Shown here piece by piece: positions 23,766 through 37,834 of a stretch of DNA of 64,000 nt. The notes beneath the pieces are model-generated. The model was given only the letters and a program-made list of their open reading frames with translations. It searched no databases and was not told where the DNA came from. Numbering within the stretch: position 1 is the stretch's first letter; each line of letters opens with the position of its first letter. This DNA is from Octopus vulgaris (taxonomy: Eukaryota), in assembly GCA_951406725.2 (NCBI GenBank), contig OX597820.1, positions 122,016,001 to 122,080,000 on the forward strand, read 5' to 3'. A program made the position numbers and the translations under genes.

Positions 23766-25252
23766 TGATGGGTCGATCAGTAAGTAATTTTGCTTTTGCT
23801 TATTTTCAATTATGTCCCGTCAATTATTTTCTAACTTCTTGTCCGTTTGAATACGAAACTCTACTAAATCCTACATTTCTCCGACTCCAGTTCTCTTTCG
23901 ACTCGATTACTTTACCAAGTGTAACCATCTTCAAATTCCCGTTTCTGGCAGAGTTTCCAGTGTAAAACTTTTACAACCTCCATTTCTTCTTATTCGTTGT
24001 TATTAACTTTGGACTGATTCTTCTGTCCTGCACTCACCCTATATAAGCAATGGAAAATGGACAGAAGCCTGACTTAATGCTGGTAGACCTCCATTTCAAC
24101 ATATCCAACCACACAAATCGCAAAATCTGTAACTCAGAGTCATTTACAAACAGCGTAGGGCGAAGAAAGAACTGTAACAGAATTAAATTTGGGTTAAATT
24201 CATTCTTTGTCTTACACACACACACGGCTTAGTAAAAGTGGTTCAATTAGTGTCCATTATTCTCTTTAGAGCCTCTATTAGCAGTGGGAGGAAGGGGAAA
24301 ATGTAGCATCAGACCTGTTTGTTGGCCCGAATGCTTGCGATAGAGTGGACTCCATCAAAGACATCCAAAGCTTTAGATGCTGAAGTTAAACTGACTGACA
24401 AAACCGCCGCAACCAGCTTCTCCATGTCTTCAGTCTACGAAGACCTTTAATACAATTCTGTGGCCGATCCGATGCTGACACAGAAGGCACCTGCCAAAGG
24501 GCTTCCGAATGTAACCCCAGACGAAGTAGGTGTGAAATGAAATTTTGACCCTCATAGCTATGTGTGCGCGCGCGCTATAATAAAGACAATTTTACACTAG
24601 ATTTAAGAACTATTCAATACATTTGGTACAAATTTTTCCTTTAACTAGAATCATGGCTAAACACACTGAAATTTCGAAGTCCCTGTCAATACCATTCTTG
24701 TGAATGAATTATAATAAATATGTGTGTGTGTGTATACAACAATAATAATAGAATTTATTTTGCTCCTTCTCTATAGAAGCCACACTAAATACATATACTT
24801 CAGACAGGATGGGATGATATCGGATACTTCAGACAGGATGGGATGATATCGGTCTGTTGCAGGATTACTCAACGCGAAGTGTTTTGTTCAAGAACGCGAC
24901 GCATTGCCTGGTCGAGGGATCGAAACTACACTCTTTCAATCAAAAGTCCAACACTACGTTACGCGTTTACACACATGAAACAAAATTTGAAATATGTACA
25001 TGCACAAACTCGTAATATACTCCACCCATGATGCACAGCGATATGTTTATCTCTGAGAGTTTCTGCTTTTCTAGGTTCCAATGCCTTTTGAATCCGTCTG
25101 TGCATCTAAGTCTTTTTTTCTTTCTTTTCTTAGTGTGCATCCATCTGCGCGTGCGCATGTGAATGTATGCATTGGTGTTGCATAATTGTCATCTGCAACA
25201 ACTTAAAAAAAAGACGGTTCAATTATAAACGCATTGTTGATCATTTCTTAGT

Positions 25253-25307
<55 letters not shown>

Positions 25308-25549
25308 AGCAAAACACAACTAAACTAGCTCCGTGAAAACCACTGGTATTAATGTATAGTGCGCTACATTGAGAGCGGTATATTACTGGTGTCGGCCATA
25401 TTTCAGTCAATTCAACACTTGTCTTAAATTTGAAATTAAAATGTTAAAGGGCCTGGTCAAAAACTATGTGAATGTGTGAGTGTGTATGTGTATGTGTTTT
25501 GTGTGTGTGTGTCATTCTCCTAGACCTCCAGGAATAACAATAATAATGA

Positions 25550-25673
25550 GAACCCTTTCTACTATAGGCACAAGGCCTGAAATCTTTGGGGAGGGGACCG
25601 GTCGATTACAGCGACCCCAGTGTTTCACTTTATCGACCCCGTAAGAATGAAAGGAAAAGTCGACCTCGGTGGA

Positions 25674-25709
<36 letters not shown>

Positions 25710-25920
25710 CGTTTCTATTGTAGGCAGAAGGCCTGAAATTTGGTAGAGAGGGGAATGAGTCGATTAAATTGATGACAGTGTTCAACTGGGACTTATTTCA
25801 TAGACTTCGAAAGGGTGAAAGGCAAAGTCGACCACGGCGCTATTTGATCTCAGAACGTGAAGACACGAAATACCGCAAAACATTTTGCCCGGTGTGCTAA
25901 CCACTCTGCTAGCTCGCTGC
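25550..25920 (-). mobile_element. SINE family A fragments separated by (TAA)n
   Basis: Core and short-tail motifs (aggcacaaggcctgaaa). Confidence 0.8.
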
Positions 25921-27675
25921 AATACAAAGTAATAAAAATAATTTCTAACACAGAAAGAAATCTTCTACATGTAGGTTTGACGCTAATTACACTAAGTCTG
26001 ACTAATTGTTATCTTCATCGATTGATAAGCAACTTCCACCTTTGTCTTGCTCAATGTCAAACACAACATTATCGGTAACTTTGTCAACAATCACAGTACC
26101 ATTGTCCTCCATCCCAGATCTTCATTGTTTTAGGAGAGCTACACCGTTTATCCTTCTGTGGATCGGTTCACCGTTAGTGACTTGAATGGTAAGAACCTTC
26201 AAGGACAAACATCAATGTGAAATCGTTGCGGTGTTAAGTGTAAAAGTTCATACAACGACACACGACAAAGTAATTTGGTCCGTTCAGCGACCATTATTTG
26301 TTCCATATTAATGTAAATAATGGTTTCTTTTATCGACGGAAGAGGAATCATTACAAAACCCGTCGCCGGGGTGGAGACCATAAAATTATACAGGGGGCAA
26401 TGGAAGGCGCCTTTAAGATACAAAATGGAAAACGTTTCGATAGATGAGAAGACCAGCTGGAGCTAATCAAGGGACCCCCAAAGTTTCTGGATTGTAATTA
26501 GGGACTAGTTTGACATATTGGTTTACTTTGAAGGGATTCTTATCAGATGAATTCACCCAGAAATATGAGCAAAAAGCGGTACAGTTGATCTTTAACGACA
26601 TTCTGAAGCCTTCATAACAGTAAGGAAGTTACTGCTGCTGCTGTTGTTGTTGTTGTTGTTAAGCAACAAGACGGGTAAGGGTGATTAGGTGATGATCTTG
26701 GGCTTAGGGGCGGGAGACCCCAGACCTTGGAGAAAAAAAAAACTTTGGTTGTCTTGTTGTAGTCGAGGGTGCTTCGTTGACGCCCGACACCACTGGAAGG
26801 TGACCCTCGAAGTCGCTGGAAATGGAGATCTCCAGGTCCAAATTCTTGAATGGCTGCTGCTGTTGTTGATGATGATGATGATGTTTCTAATTTCGGTTCA
26901 AAGGCATTTGGGTAGGGAAAGAGCTTAATCGATAACATCGACTCCAGTACTTAACTGATATTGCGTTTTATTGACCTTAAAGAGATGAAAGTCAAAGTTG
27001 ACCTCGGCGGGATTTGATCTCAAAACGTAAATATTCGTAAGAAATATCAGTCTCTTGCAATTTCTGCAGATTTTTTCTCATCTTGTTTACTTGGGGAATC
27101 GCCTTAAAGGGCTGATTGATAAAATCCACCCGAGTTCTTACTTTTTAAGTTTTGTACTTATTCTTGCCGGTCTCATTTACCGAACCGCTATATCACTGAG
27201 ATGTGAACAAACCAGTACCGGTTATCAAATGTTAGTGTGGAAGCAAAGAGAAACAAAAAACACACACAGACACACACACATACATATGTGATGGGCTTCC
27301 GCACAGTTTCCGCCTATCATATTCACTCATAAGGGACTTCTTCAGACGCATTCGGATTGAACACGAAATCACATGGTTTCAAAGCGAGCTTCTTCGCTAC
27401 ACAGCCATGTCTGAATTTTCAAATAGCTTATTTGGAGAAATGCAATTTATTCATTGTACTCACGTCTGCAAAATATGAAGCAAAAAGGCTTCTGCTTTAT
27501 GTTCAAAATTGATTTTTTTTTTCTTCGCGCGTCACCGAAAACAAAATGGTCATAATTCACTCTCCAAAGCAAGTGGAATAAAAGTTCAAAGACGGAGACA
27601 CGAGATAAAAAGGGTCATCCTTTGTTCAAAACGAAAGATGGCCTATAGAGCGACGGATTTACTTAAAAACTTTCA

Positions 27676-27894
27676 GCTTTTACTCTTTTACTTGTTTCAG
27701 TCATTTGACTGCGGCCATGCTGGAGCACCGCCTTTAGTCGAGCAACTCGACCCCGGGACTTATCTTTTGTAAGCCCAGTATTTATCCTATCGGTCTCTTT
27801 TGCCGAACCGCTAAGTAACGGGGACATAAACACACCAGCATCGGTTGTCAAGCAATGCTAGGGGACAAACACAGACACACAAACACACACACGC

Positions 27895-27939
<45 letters not shown>

Positions 27940-28110
27940 CATATATACGATGGGCTTCTTTCAGTTTCCGTCTACCAAATCCACTCACAAGGCTTTGGTC
28001 AGCCCGAGGCTATAGTAGAAGACACTTGCCCAAGGTGCCACGCAGTGGGACTGAACCCGGAAACATGTGGTTGGTAGACAAGCTACTTACCACACAGCCA
28101 CTACTGCGCC
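27676..28110 (-). mobile_element. SINE family B, full length (older degenerate copy at ~27070-27410)
   Basis: Highly similar to 17365-17776. Confidence 0.92.
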
Positions 28111-29451
28111 TATTGAACTTATTTCGGTTGTTCGACTACAATTTCTTCTACCATAGGAAACGACTTTACTTTGATAGGCTAAAAAACATTTTCTCTGGTA
28201 AATCTATTATTCACCACTTAACTATTTGCTGAAATCGAAAATAATGATAAATACATCGTGGAATGTTCTTTATCGTGATTAAAATTTCCCTAAAACCTAT
28301 CATTTATCACTTTGTTTATGTATGAGGAAATTTTGGCAATGGCATTTCAAATATGTTGCGTTAATATTGTGGAGAAAATTATTATTTAAAACGTCCTTCA
28401 GATATTCATTGTGTACCTCAAGTATTACCAACGTAGATATTCGTATTCACAGACGAGAGAATTTTCGTTTTCACAACCTACCATAAAAGCAACAAAGTCT
28501 CTTCAGATCGACAGAAAGACACATTATGATGTAAAGAGAAACTTGTCTAAGGAATTTGTTTACGGAGAAGTCATCTAAGTAAATGTAAATATTGTGCAAT
28601 GAAATAAAACACTTTAAAAATAAGCATTTTTACTTAAACCACTTAAACCATATTAAAAGGTTATTTCTTAAATATTCACCGAAAAAGAAAACCTAAATTT
28701 CAATTATTTACCTAATTAAAAAGCACCCAAATATAAGCTTCATTTTTTTTTTTTTAGAAATGAAAACAGAATTAAGGTGAATAACTTTATAATTCGTTAA
28801 ATGATTCTTTGTATTGAAACTGAAAATATTTTCTTCCAAGGGAAACATTTTAAGTGAACAAATGAGTTAAATTTAGCAACGAGTGCAGTAGTAGTAGTAG
28901 TAGTAGTAGTGGCAGTGGCAGTGGTAGTGATATGATACTGTCTCATGGGAAAAAAAAAACCCAGCTCGTTTGTTAAGTACAGTTAATTCTTGGTGGTGGT
29001 GGTGGTATAAACAGTCTATTGCAAGATCAAAAGCAGTGAAAAACTTGTTTAAGCACCTGCTCTGGTCATATTCACCAGCAAACGGCTGAGGGCGTCTTAT
29101 GATCTTCCTAATTATGATCTTCCTGTCTAATTTCAACAAAACTGTATTCGGGACGACGGGCTTCTGTTTCAATGTATCACCGCATATTTTAATCATTTTA
29201 TATGGAAGGATCAAAAGAGAATGTTGCTACGATTTTTTGCAAGCGTCAGCCCCAGTGAAAATGATTATGCAACAATCTGCGTCCACAGTTTCATGCATAT
29301 AAACCGGAAAATAGACACTCAAACAGCTATAAAGGTGCTGGGGTGGGGGTGTCGTCTGCGTGTGTCTGTCTGTCTCTTTGTGCGTCTTCTGTCTGTCTGT
29401 CAGTCTGCCTGTGTCATGTGTGTGTGACCCAACCGGTGTTGGTATGTCATC

Positions 29452-29674
29452 TATTTCTTTACTACCCACAAGGGGCTAAACATAGAAGGGACAGACAAAC
29501 GGACTAAGTCGATTGTATCGACCCCAGTGCGTTACTGGTACTTATATAATCGACCCCGAAAGGATGACAGGCAAAGTCGACCTCGGCGGAATTTGAACTC
29601 AGAACGTATAGCGGCAGACGGAATACCACTAAGCATTTCGCCCGGCACGCTAACGTTTCTGCCAGCTCGCCGCC
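29452..29674 (-). mobile_element. SINE family A monomer with 13-bp TSD
   Basis: TSD ttggtatgtcatc at 29439-29451 and 29675-29687. Confidence 0.92.
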
Positions 29675-29910
29675 TTGGTATGTCATCGCCGGTGTTGGTA
29701 TGTCATCGTCCCAACAAAGCGGTTGGGCAAGAAAGAGTTAAACAATGGGAGTCAACTTGCACGCCTGATTCGTTTTCAAAATTTCACACTTCTGTCCATG
29801 GTTGTAGTTAAGTTCGATGACTGAGACAAATACATGTGTGCAGAAAAACACTCACACAAACCTTTTAAATTTGTTTATAAGCTGTAATATGGTTTATGAT
29901 ATATATTATA

Positions 29911-30311
29911 CAGGAGTGGCTGTGTGGTGAGTAGCTTGCTTACCAACCTCATGCTTCCGAGTTCAGTCCCACTGCGGGTAAGTGTCTTCTGCTACAGACT
30001 CAGGCTGACCAAAGCCTTGTGAGTAGATTTGGCAGACGGAAAGTGAAGGAGGCCCGTCGTGTTCACCTTCGAAACGTAGAGTAGATGAAACCATGGCGAC
30101 TGAAGAAGGGTTTTTCCTTGTGTTATTTGTCCTGTACTCCATTTTTGTTGTTGTTTAAAAAATGTCCAGTTCCTTGGGTTTGTGTCTGTTTTTGTTTCTC
30201 ATTGTGTTAGACGTTTTTTTGGTGTCCTGTACTCATATATGCGTGTATATATACATGTAGATGTAGGTACGTACATATATGTATATATATATGCATATGT
30301 TTTATTTATTA

Positions 30312-30362
<51 letters not shown>

Positions 30363-30543
30363 ATTTATCCTCCACAATCGCTTGACAACCAATGCTAGCG
30401 TGTTTACGTCCCTGTGACTTGGCGATTCGGCAAAAGTAACCGATAGAATAAGTATTAGTCTTACAAAGAATAAGTCCTGGGGTCGATTCATTCGGCTGAA
30501 GGCGGTGGTCCGGCATGACCGCGGTCAAATGACAAAAATGAAA

Positions 30544-30545
<2 letters not shown>
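29911..30545 (+). mobile_element. SINE family B interrupted by an unclassified repeat (30061-30330)
   Basis: Head 29911-30060, tail 30360-30545. The insert recurs at ~37325-37570 and ~48640-48860. Confidence 0.8.
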
Positions 30546-30588
<43 letters not shown>

Positions 30589-30939
30589 GATATACTGTAT
30601 ATACATATACACATATATATATTTCTATATATGTGGTTATACTATGAAGTCCACAGGAGCGCTGTATTCGATGAACTTGGTTCAATAAGGGGCGACTTCT
30701 TTTTGTTTTATATATTTATGTATTTATTTCAAACCTGGCTTTGCGATCGTTGTGCGCGCCCGCGCGATTTCTTTCTTTTCTGTCGCTGTTACTTCGCTCT
30801 CGGCAAAGTAGGAGATCGATAAAATATGCACCAAACTTAAAAAGACAAAATAAACGGAAGTGAATTCGGACTCTGATAGTGTTGAAGGCAACGACCCAAC
30901 ATGGCCGTTGTCGGATGGTTTACACCACTGAAAGAACAC

Positions 30940-30976
30940 ACACATATATATGTATGTAAATATATGTGTATATATA

Positions 30977-31007
<31 letters not shown>

Positions 31008-31410
31008 TGTACATATGTGCATGTATATATATATGTATATATATTGTACATATGTGCATGTATATATATATGTATATATATTGTACATATGTGTATGTAT
31101 ATATATATGTATATATATTGTAGATATGTGTATGTATATATATATGTATATATATGTATATATATTGTACATATGTGTGTGTATGTATATATATATATAT
31201 ATTGTACATATGTGTGTATATATATAGTATATCCACATATATATAAATATATGTGTATAGGTAAATGTGTATATAGTAAATAAATATATGTAAATACATA
31301 GTATATACATATATACGTATATATATATTATATGTACATGCATATATATGTGTGTATATAAATATGCATATACATACACACACTCACATAGATATACACA
31401 CACACACATT
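30940..31410. repeat. (TA)/(TG) array with tattgtacatatgtg subunit
   Basis: Direct reading. Confidence 0.92.
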
Positions 31411-31848
31411 AAATATTTATGTAATTATAATCTTATGTCACCATCTTGTTACTTCATCTCATTTTTTCGTTCCTCACACTCAACGCTCGCCTCCTCCACC
31501 TCCTTTCTCTCCCTCCGCCCACTCCCCCACCTCTTCATTTCTCTTCATATAAAAAGTCATTTTATACATATAAACCATAAAAAAAAACATGTAGCTGCAT
31601 AGCTTGCTGGTGTTTTCACTACTACTACTACTACTACTACTAAATACCAGTTATGTACTGGGCACTTAGGTGATTGTTTCCACACTGCATCCTAATTTAA
31701 GAACAGACTTCATCATTATTGTTATTGTAGTTCTTCATTTTTTTATCATTATTATGATTATTGTTACTGTTGTTATTGTCTTTCATCTTTTCGGGGGTCG
31801 ATAAACTAAATACCAGTTACGCACTGGGGTCGATGTAATCGACTAGTC

Positions 31849-32250
31849 GGATCTTCTCGGTTTGAACGGCAGTTTTTTCTAGCGGTGTCATATGAAATTG
31901 TCACCAATAATTATGACCCTAGAATCGATCTATTGCATTTCAATCTGCTTTAGGGGTGGGGGAAGGTTATCTTTTTTTCTTCACAAATGTAAATAAACCC
32001 AATCTGTTTCTTAAACGAGGGACATATTCATACGGTACAGAATGTTTTCACCTCAATAGACGGTCATTGATTGGTTGAAATTGCCGAAATGCAAGAAATT
32101 AAAGACTAAATATCTTACAACCCATAGAATTTTTTCAATAAAGCAGAGAAAAAGATGTTTTATAAACACATTCTACCAGTATACGAAGTTAAAAATTTTT
32201 TAGTTACCTAGAAATTATGTTAAAAACTACCGTTCAAACCGAAGAGATCC
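31849..32250 (+). mobile_element. TIR MITE copy 5, nested in a SINE A fragment
   Basis: TSD gactagtc/gactagtg. SINE core upstream (31780-31848) and SINE tail downstream. Confidence 0.92.
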
Positions 32251-32331
32251 GACTAGTGTCCTTCTCCAAAATTGCTGCCCTTGAGGCAAAATTTGAAACT
32301 TGTATCAATGTTATTATAATCATTATTATTT

Positions 32332-32545
32332 AAGGCGGCGAGCTGGCAGAATCGTTAGCACGAATGGACGAAATGCTTAGCAGTATTTCGCTTGTCACTA
32401 TGTTCTGCGTTCGAATTCTGCCGAGGTCGACTTTACCTTTCCTCCTTTCGGGGTCGATAAAGAAAGTGCCAGTTTAGGACTGGGATCGATGTAATCAACT
32501 CATCCCCTTCTCGAAATTGCTGGCCTGCTGCCAAAGTTTGAAAGT
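32332..32545 (+). mobile_element. SINE family A, short-tail monomer
   Basis: aaggcggcgagctggcagaatcgttagcacg head + core. Confidence 0.88.
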
Positions 32546-32670
32546 ATTGTTATTTATATTTGAACTCATTTGGGTTTGAACGCTAATGTATCAAAATCGC
32601 TCGACCTGCAACAGAACGCAACTAAATCTCCTTCAAATCAGGTTTTATTCTCTTAGATAAGAATACACTA

Positions 32671-32723
<53 letters not shown>

Positions 32724-33889
32724 TCGTAATAAGCACATCATCAATGACCAGTTACAATTGTTTCTGCACCATTCTGTTTTTGACGCCATTGTACGCAAAG
32801 TGTCGAATGTGAGCATTTTACATGGAACTTGTAGTTTTAAAGATAAGCGTGACACTTCATTAGATTTGCGCCCTTAAATTGTGCCTCTGTAGATGAAGTG
32901 CCACTCTAGTGCTTTAAAACTTCAAATATTCATAACTTTTCACATCGAACTTTTTATCCATGCGACGGCGTTAAAAACAATTCGTCGAGAGACAATTCTG
33001 ATCGGTCAATAAAGATTTAATAAACTCTCTCTCTCTTTGCCGTCGCCGCTGCCGCCTCTGGATTTCTGTTTCATTCTTCGCCAAACCCACACATTGCTTT
33101 TGATCGATGCAACACCTGGATATTCTGCACTGAAAGAATTCGATCTGACTTCAGATTACGGTTCAGAAGTATAGATTGCTTCAAAGTTCGGTTCGAGTGC
33201 TGCATTGGAAATACCAAATTTTTTACTAGCCTTCCAGGATCACGCGTGTGTGTGTGTGTGGAAATCGCGTGATGGTTGCAGCAGGGACGTATTTGACCTT
33301 CGACCTACTTGACCAACGTAGACAACAAAATTTCTTCTATAAAGAAAATGAATAAATAAATAAAAACACAATCCATGAAATCTTAATGCGATTACGCAAG
33401 GGCGATGTGATGATGATGGTGGTGGTGGTGGTGATGGTGGTAGTCGTGGCGAAGCGGTGCAGGTGAGTTGGTTGTTGTGATGATAATGTGGATGCTGACT
33501 GGGATCATTAGGTGATGGTTGAAAGTAATTCTGGTTAAGTGAATAATGGTGGTAGAGATGGTAAGGTGGAGGAAATTTAAATCCAGCTCAATTTTCATCG
33601 AGCTATCCGATGGTAATAAGTCGTTCTAGCCATTGCCCCGATACTCATGTCTTTTAAGTATTTAGGGAGCACATTACCTAGCGTCTCCTGGGTGGTGGTG
33701 GTTGGCTGCTATTTCTACCAGTAAGTAAGCAAAAGCTCCTCCTTAGGGCTTGGTGGTGATGATGATGTCCGTCAATGAAAACGAAGATATCGACTCCGAG
33801 AAGAGGACACAGGAAATCAATTGGATGAGTGCGGAAGGGGGCGAAATCAGAACGTGAGCACACACACAGATGCATATAAAGATAGATAC

Positions 33890-33890
33890 A

Positions 33891-33926
<36 letters not shown>

Positions 33927-33943
33927 GAGAGAGATACATATAG

Positions 33944-34009
<66 letters not shown>

Positions 34010-34012
34010 TGA

Positions 34013-34048
<36 letters not shown>

Positions 34049-34055
34049 ATATTTG

Positions 34056-34101
<46 letters not shown>

Positions 34102-34389
34102 TACATATACATAGAGATATAATGTATATATATATAGTTGCATATAGTTTTGTGTGAGTATATATTTGTGTGTGTTGAAGACATTGGTATTATGCAGTGA
34201 CGTCCAGTTCGGTGATTGGTATATATGTGTATACGCAGATATATATATATATGTGTGTATATGTGTGTGTATGTATGTATCTCTATGTATGTAGGTAAAC
34301 GATTATGTGTAAACATATATACGTGTATATGCATAAACATGTAAATTTAATATCTTCATACAGATAACATGTTTGTATGTATGCTTAAG

Positions 34390-34420
<31 letters not shown>

Positions 34421-34430
34421 ATTGTGTGGT

Positions 34431-34463
<33 letters not shown>

Positions 34464-35101
34464 ACAAACACACACGCGCATATATATATTTGTGTTTGTT
34501 TGTATGTATGTGTAGTGCACGCACACACACACACACACACACACACAGCAGAAAATAGACTAAAACGAAACGAAGTAAAAAAAGAAAAAAAAAAAAAAAA
34601 CAGGTATTTAAATTATGTTGCCATGAATTGTCTCATTAAAATGTATCTACCTCCAAATTTAGTTGTTTTTTATTTAGCACAATATCTATTATTGCAAGCG
34701 CGTGCTGCGATACACACAGACAGCGATAGATGTACGTATTCCTTCGTACATCTATTCTATCTACCTCAAATCTGTCGGTCTTTCTATCCAAATGCTAAAT
34801 CTTTCTACGAGTCTATCTCTCACTCCCGTATACACACACTCACACACATTTTCTCTCTCTCTCTCTCTCTCTCTCATTCCACATTTCTATTTTCTGATGT
34901 TCGTCCATCACCTTGCTATCTGTCAATTGGTTTCTTCATCTGTTTCTGCCTACTATCTACATCTAACCTACCTGTCTTTCTCTCTCCTGTCTATGAATAC
35001 ACACCTGTCTGTTTGTTTGTAACAACCTATGGACCTATCTGTCTGTCTGCCAGTCTGTCTGTGCACCCATACATGTATGTATCCCTCTTCAATCTATCCA
35101 T

Positions 35102-35143
<42 letters not shown>

Positions 35144-35304
35144 GTCTATCTCTCTATCTATCTGTCTGTCTGTCTGTCTATCTCTTTATCTCTCTATCTG
35201 TCTGTCTGTCTGTCTCTCTATCTGTCTGTCTCTCTATCTGTCTGTCTCTCTATCTATCCATCCATCCATCTATCTATCCATCTATCCATCTATCTATTTA
35301 TCTA

Positions 35305-35356
<52 letters not shown>

Positions 35357-35410
35357 CATCTATTTAACTATCTATCTAGCTAGCTATCTGTCTATCTATC
35401 TGCCTATCTA
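33890..35410. repeat. (TA)/(TG), (TC)n and (TCTA/TCTG)n arrays with unique spacers
   Basis: Direct reading. Confidence 0.85.
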
Positions 35411-35819
35411 TCTATCCTTCTACCTGTCTGCTTACCTGTTTTTTCTATATCTCTGTTCATCTCTGTATATAATATTTCCCGATTCATCCGTCTCCCTGTC
35501 CTGCTGTCTGTCTATCCAGCGAGCTGTCTATCGGTATGCCGGACTATCAGTATATCTCTTAGTCTGTCTCTGTCAGTTAATTCATCAATCTCTCTCTCCC
35601 TTCTATGTCTCCCTCTCACTACCCATCTGCCTCAATATCTATCTGCTTATCTATCCGTTCTATCAATCTCTCCATGTCTTTCTAACAATTCTATTTTATC
35701 TAACCTTTTTATCTCCTCCTCTCACTCTCTTTCTCCCCTCTCTCTCTCCTCTCTCTCCGCCCATCTATCAATGTGTCTGTCTCTAGGCCTGTCTGCTTGT
35801 CTGTACGTATGTATGCATA

Positions 35820-35866
<47 letters not shown>

Positions 35867-35894
35867 CTTTATTTAAAGCAGCAGAAAATTCAAC

Positions 35895-35942
35895 AAAACC
35901 TGTTACTCTGAGTTTCCCGTTGCCGTTCATCGGACAGTTTTT
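35895..35942 (-). ncRNA. Variant hammerhead motif
   Basis: Minus strand aaaaactgt-CCGATGA-a-cg(gcaa)cg-g-GAAA-ctcagag-TA-acaggtttt. Confidence 0.55.
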
Positions 35943-36065
35943 GCTAGAATTGAATATATATATATATAACGGGAAGGTTTACGAAAATAAACAAAAGACG
36001 AAGGCAGGTGGAGTACAAACAAACAAATGTATTAGTATGGCGCTCAGGAATAGAAATAGAACAAG

Positions 36066-36103
36066 TCTTTTACGTTTCGAGCCTACGCTCTTCGACAGAA
36101 AGA
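36066..36103 (-). ncRNA. Variant minimal hammerhead motif
   Basis: Minus strand tcttt-CTGTCGA-a-gagc(gtag)gctc-GAAA-CG-TA-aaaga. Confidence 0.55.
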
Positions 36104-36352
36104 TACACAAGAAATAAAAGAGGAGAAACAAGGAGAGATATATGTAAAATATATATATATATAAAGGCATATGAACATATGTCTTCATATTCTAGTCTAT
36201 AAGGCAATCTGGAGTTTTTTTTTCCTAGCGATATTTCTGTCCATTTGAATGTCTGTACATTTGTCGGGCGTTCTGTTTCCATTATTAATGTAGAAAGATA
36301 AGGTAATAACTGAAAAACACAGTAAATTAGTTTGTATAAACGTATCCCACAG

Positions 36353-36720
36353 AGGCGCAGGTGTGGCTGAGTGGTAAGAAGCTTGCTTCCCAACCACAGG
36401 GTTCCGGGTTCAGTCTAATTGATTGGCAACTTGGGCAAGTGTCTTATACAATAGATTCCGGCCGAACAAAGTCCCCTCATTCGAATTGGTAGGCGGAAAA
36501 TGAAAGGAACCCGTCATATATATCTATCTATAATGTGTGTCCAACACTGCTTGACAACCGGTGTTGGTGAGTTTACGTCCCTGTAACTTTGCTGTTCAGC
36601 GCAAGCGACCTATAGAATAAGTGTTAGACTTTAAAAAATATCAGTCCTGAGGTCGATTTGTTGAACGTTAAACATTTCAGTGCGTTGCTCCAGCATGGCC
36701 GCAGTAAAATGATTGAAATT
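36353..36720 (+). mobile_element. SINE family B (diverged)
   Basis: aggcgcaggtgtggctgagtggtaag..ttgggcaagtgtctt..gctccagcatggccgcag. Confidence 0.85.
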
Positions 36721-36753
36721 ATATTTTCAAGAATATAAGAATATTTTTCACTC

Positions 36754-36802
<49 letters not shown>

Positions 36803-37009
36803 ACATCCCTCTCATTTCGCAATCTAGCAATATCTGTCGGTTGTCCTCCAAACCGTACAGCTACAATCCCCCACACACAACACATGTACGTGGAATACAT
36901 ATCACCTCAATCATCTTTTGTTGCCCTTTCTTGCTCTACTTTGCCTAACATCTATCCATCTAAATTTGTGTGCCTGTCTGTCTGTCTACTCCTCTCTCTC
37001 AGCTCAGGT

Positions 37010-37287
37010 AGATACATATGTGTGTATGTATGTGTGTACGTATATATATATATATATATATATGTAGACATGTGTGTGTATATATATATATGTGTGCATA
37101 TGTGTGCATATGTGTATATGTGTGCATATGTGTATATATGTGTGCATATATGCGAATATATGTGTATGTATATATATATATATGTGTGTGTGCATATATG
37201 CGTATAGATAAATATGTGTGCATGATGTATGAATATGTATATATATATATGTGTACATATGTGTATATATATGTGTGTACATATGTG

Positions 37288-37318
<31 letters not shown>

Positions 37319-37570
37319 ATTTGTCCTTGCCTTCGTAACGCGGAGTGGATGAAACAGGGGCAAGTGGAAACGGGGAATACTCTTTATGATGCATGTCTGG
37401 ATCCTCTCTGTTTCATTTTTTCGTTATTTAAAAAAAAGTTCGTTTCTGCTGTCGTTTCACATTGTGTTCAACGTATTTTTGATGTCAAGTATACATATAT
37501 GCATGTATATATACATATATATATAGCGATGTATATATATGTATGTATATGCATATATTTATATAATATT

Positions 37571-37603
<33 letters not shown>

Positions 37604-37625
37604 ATGCATATATTTATATAATATT

Positions 37626-37658
<33 letters not shown>

Positions 37659-37720
37659 GTATATATGTATATGCATATATATGTAAAAATATACATAGGT
37701 ATATATATGTATGTATAGAC

Positions 37721-37756
<36 letters not shown>

Positions 37757-37799
37757 GTATGTATAGACATATATATATATATATATATACGTATGTATA

Positions 37800-37834
<35 letters not shown>

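Noticed and set aside
34407-35786. 459-aa ORF, the longest in the window
   Set aside because: Built from (TC)n/(TCTA)n repeats (LSIY periodicity); not a credible protein.
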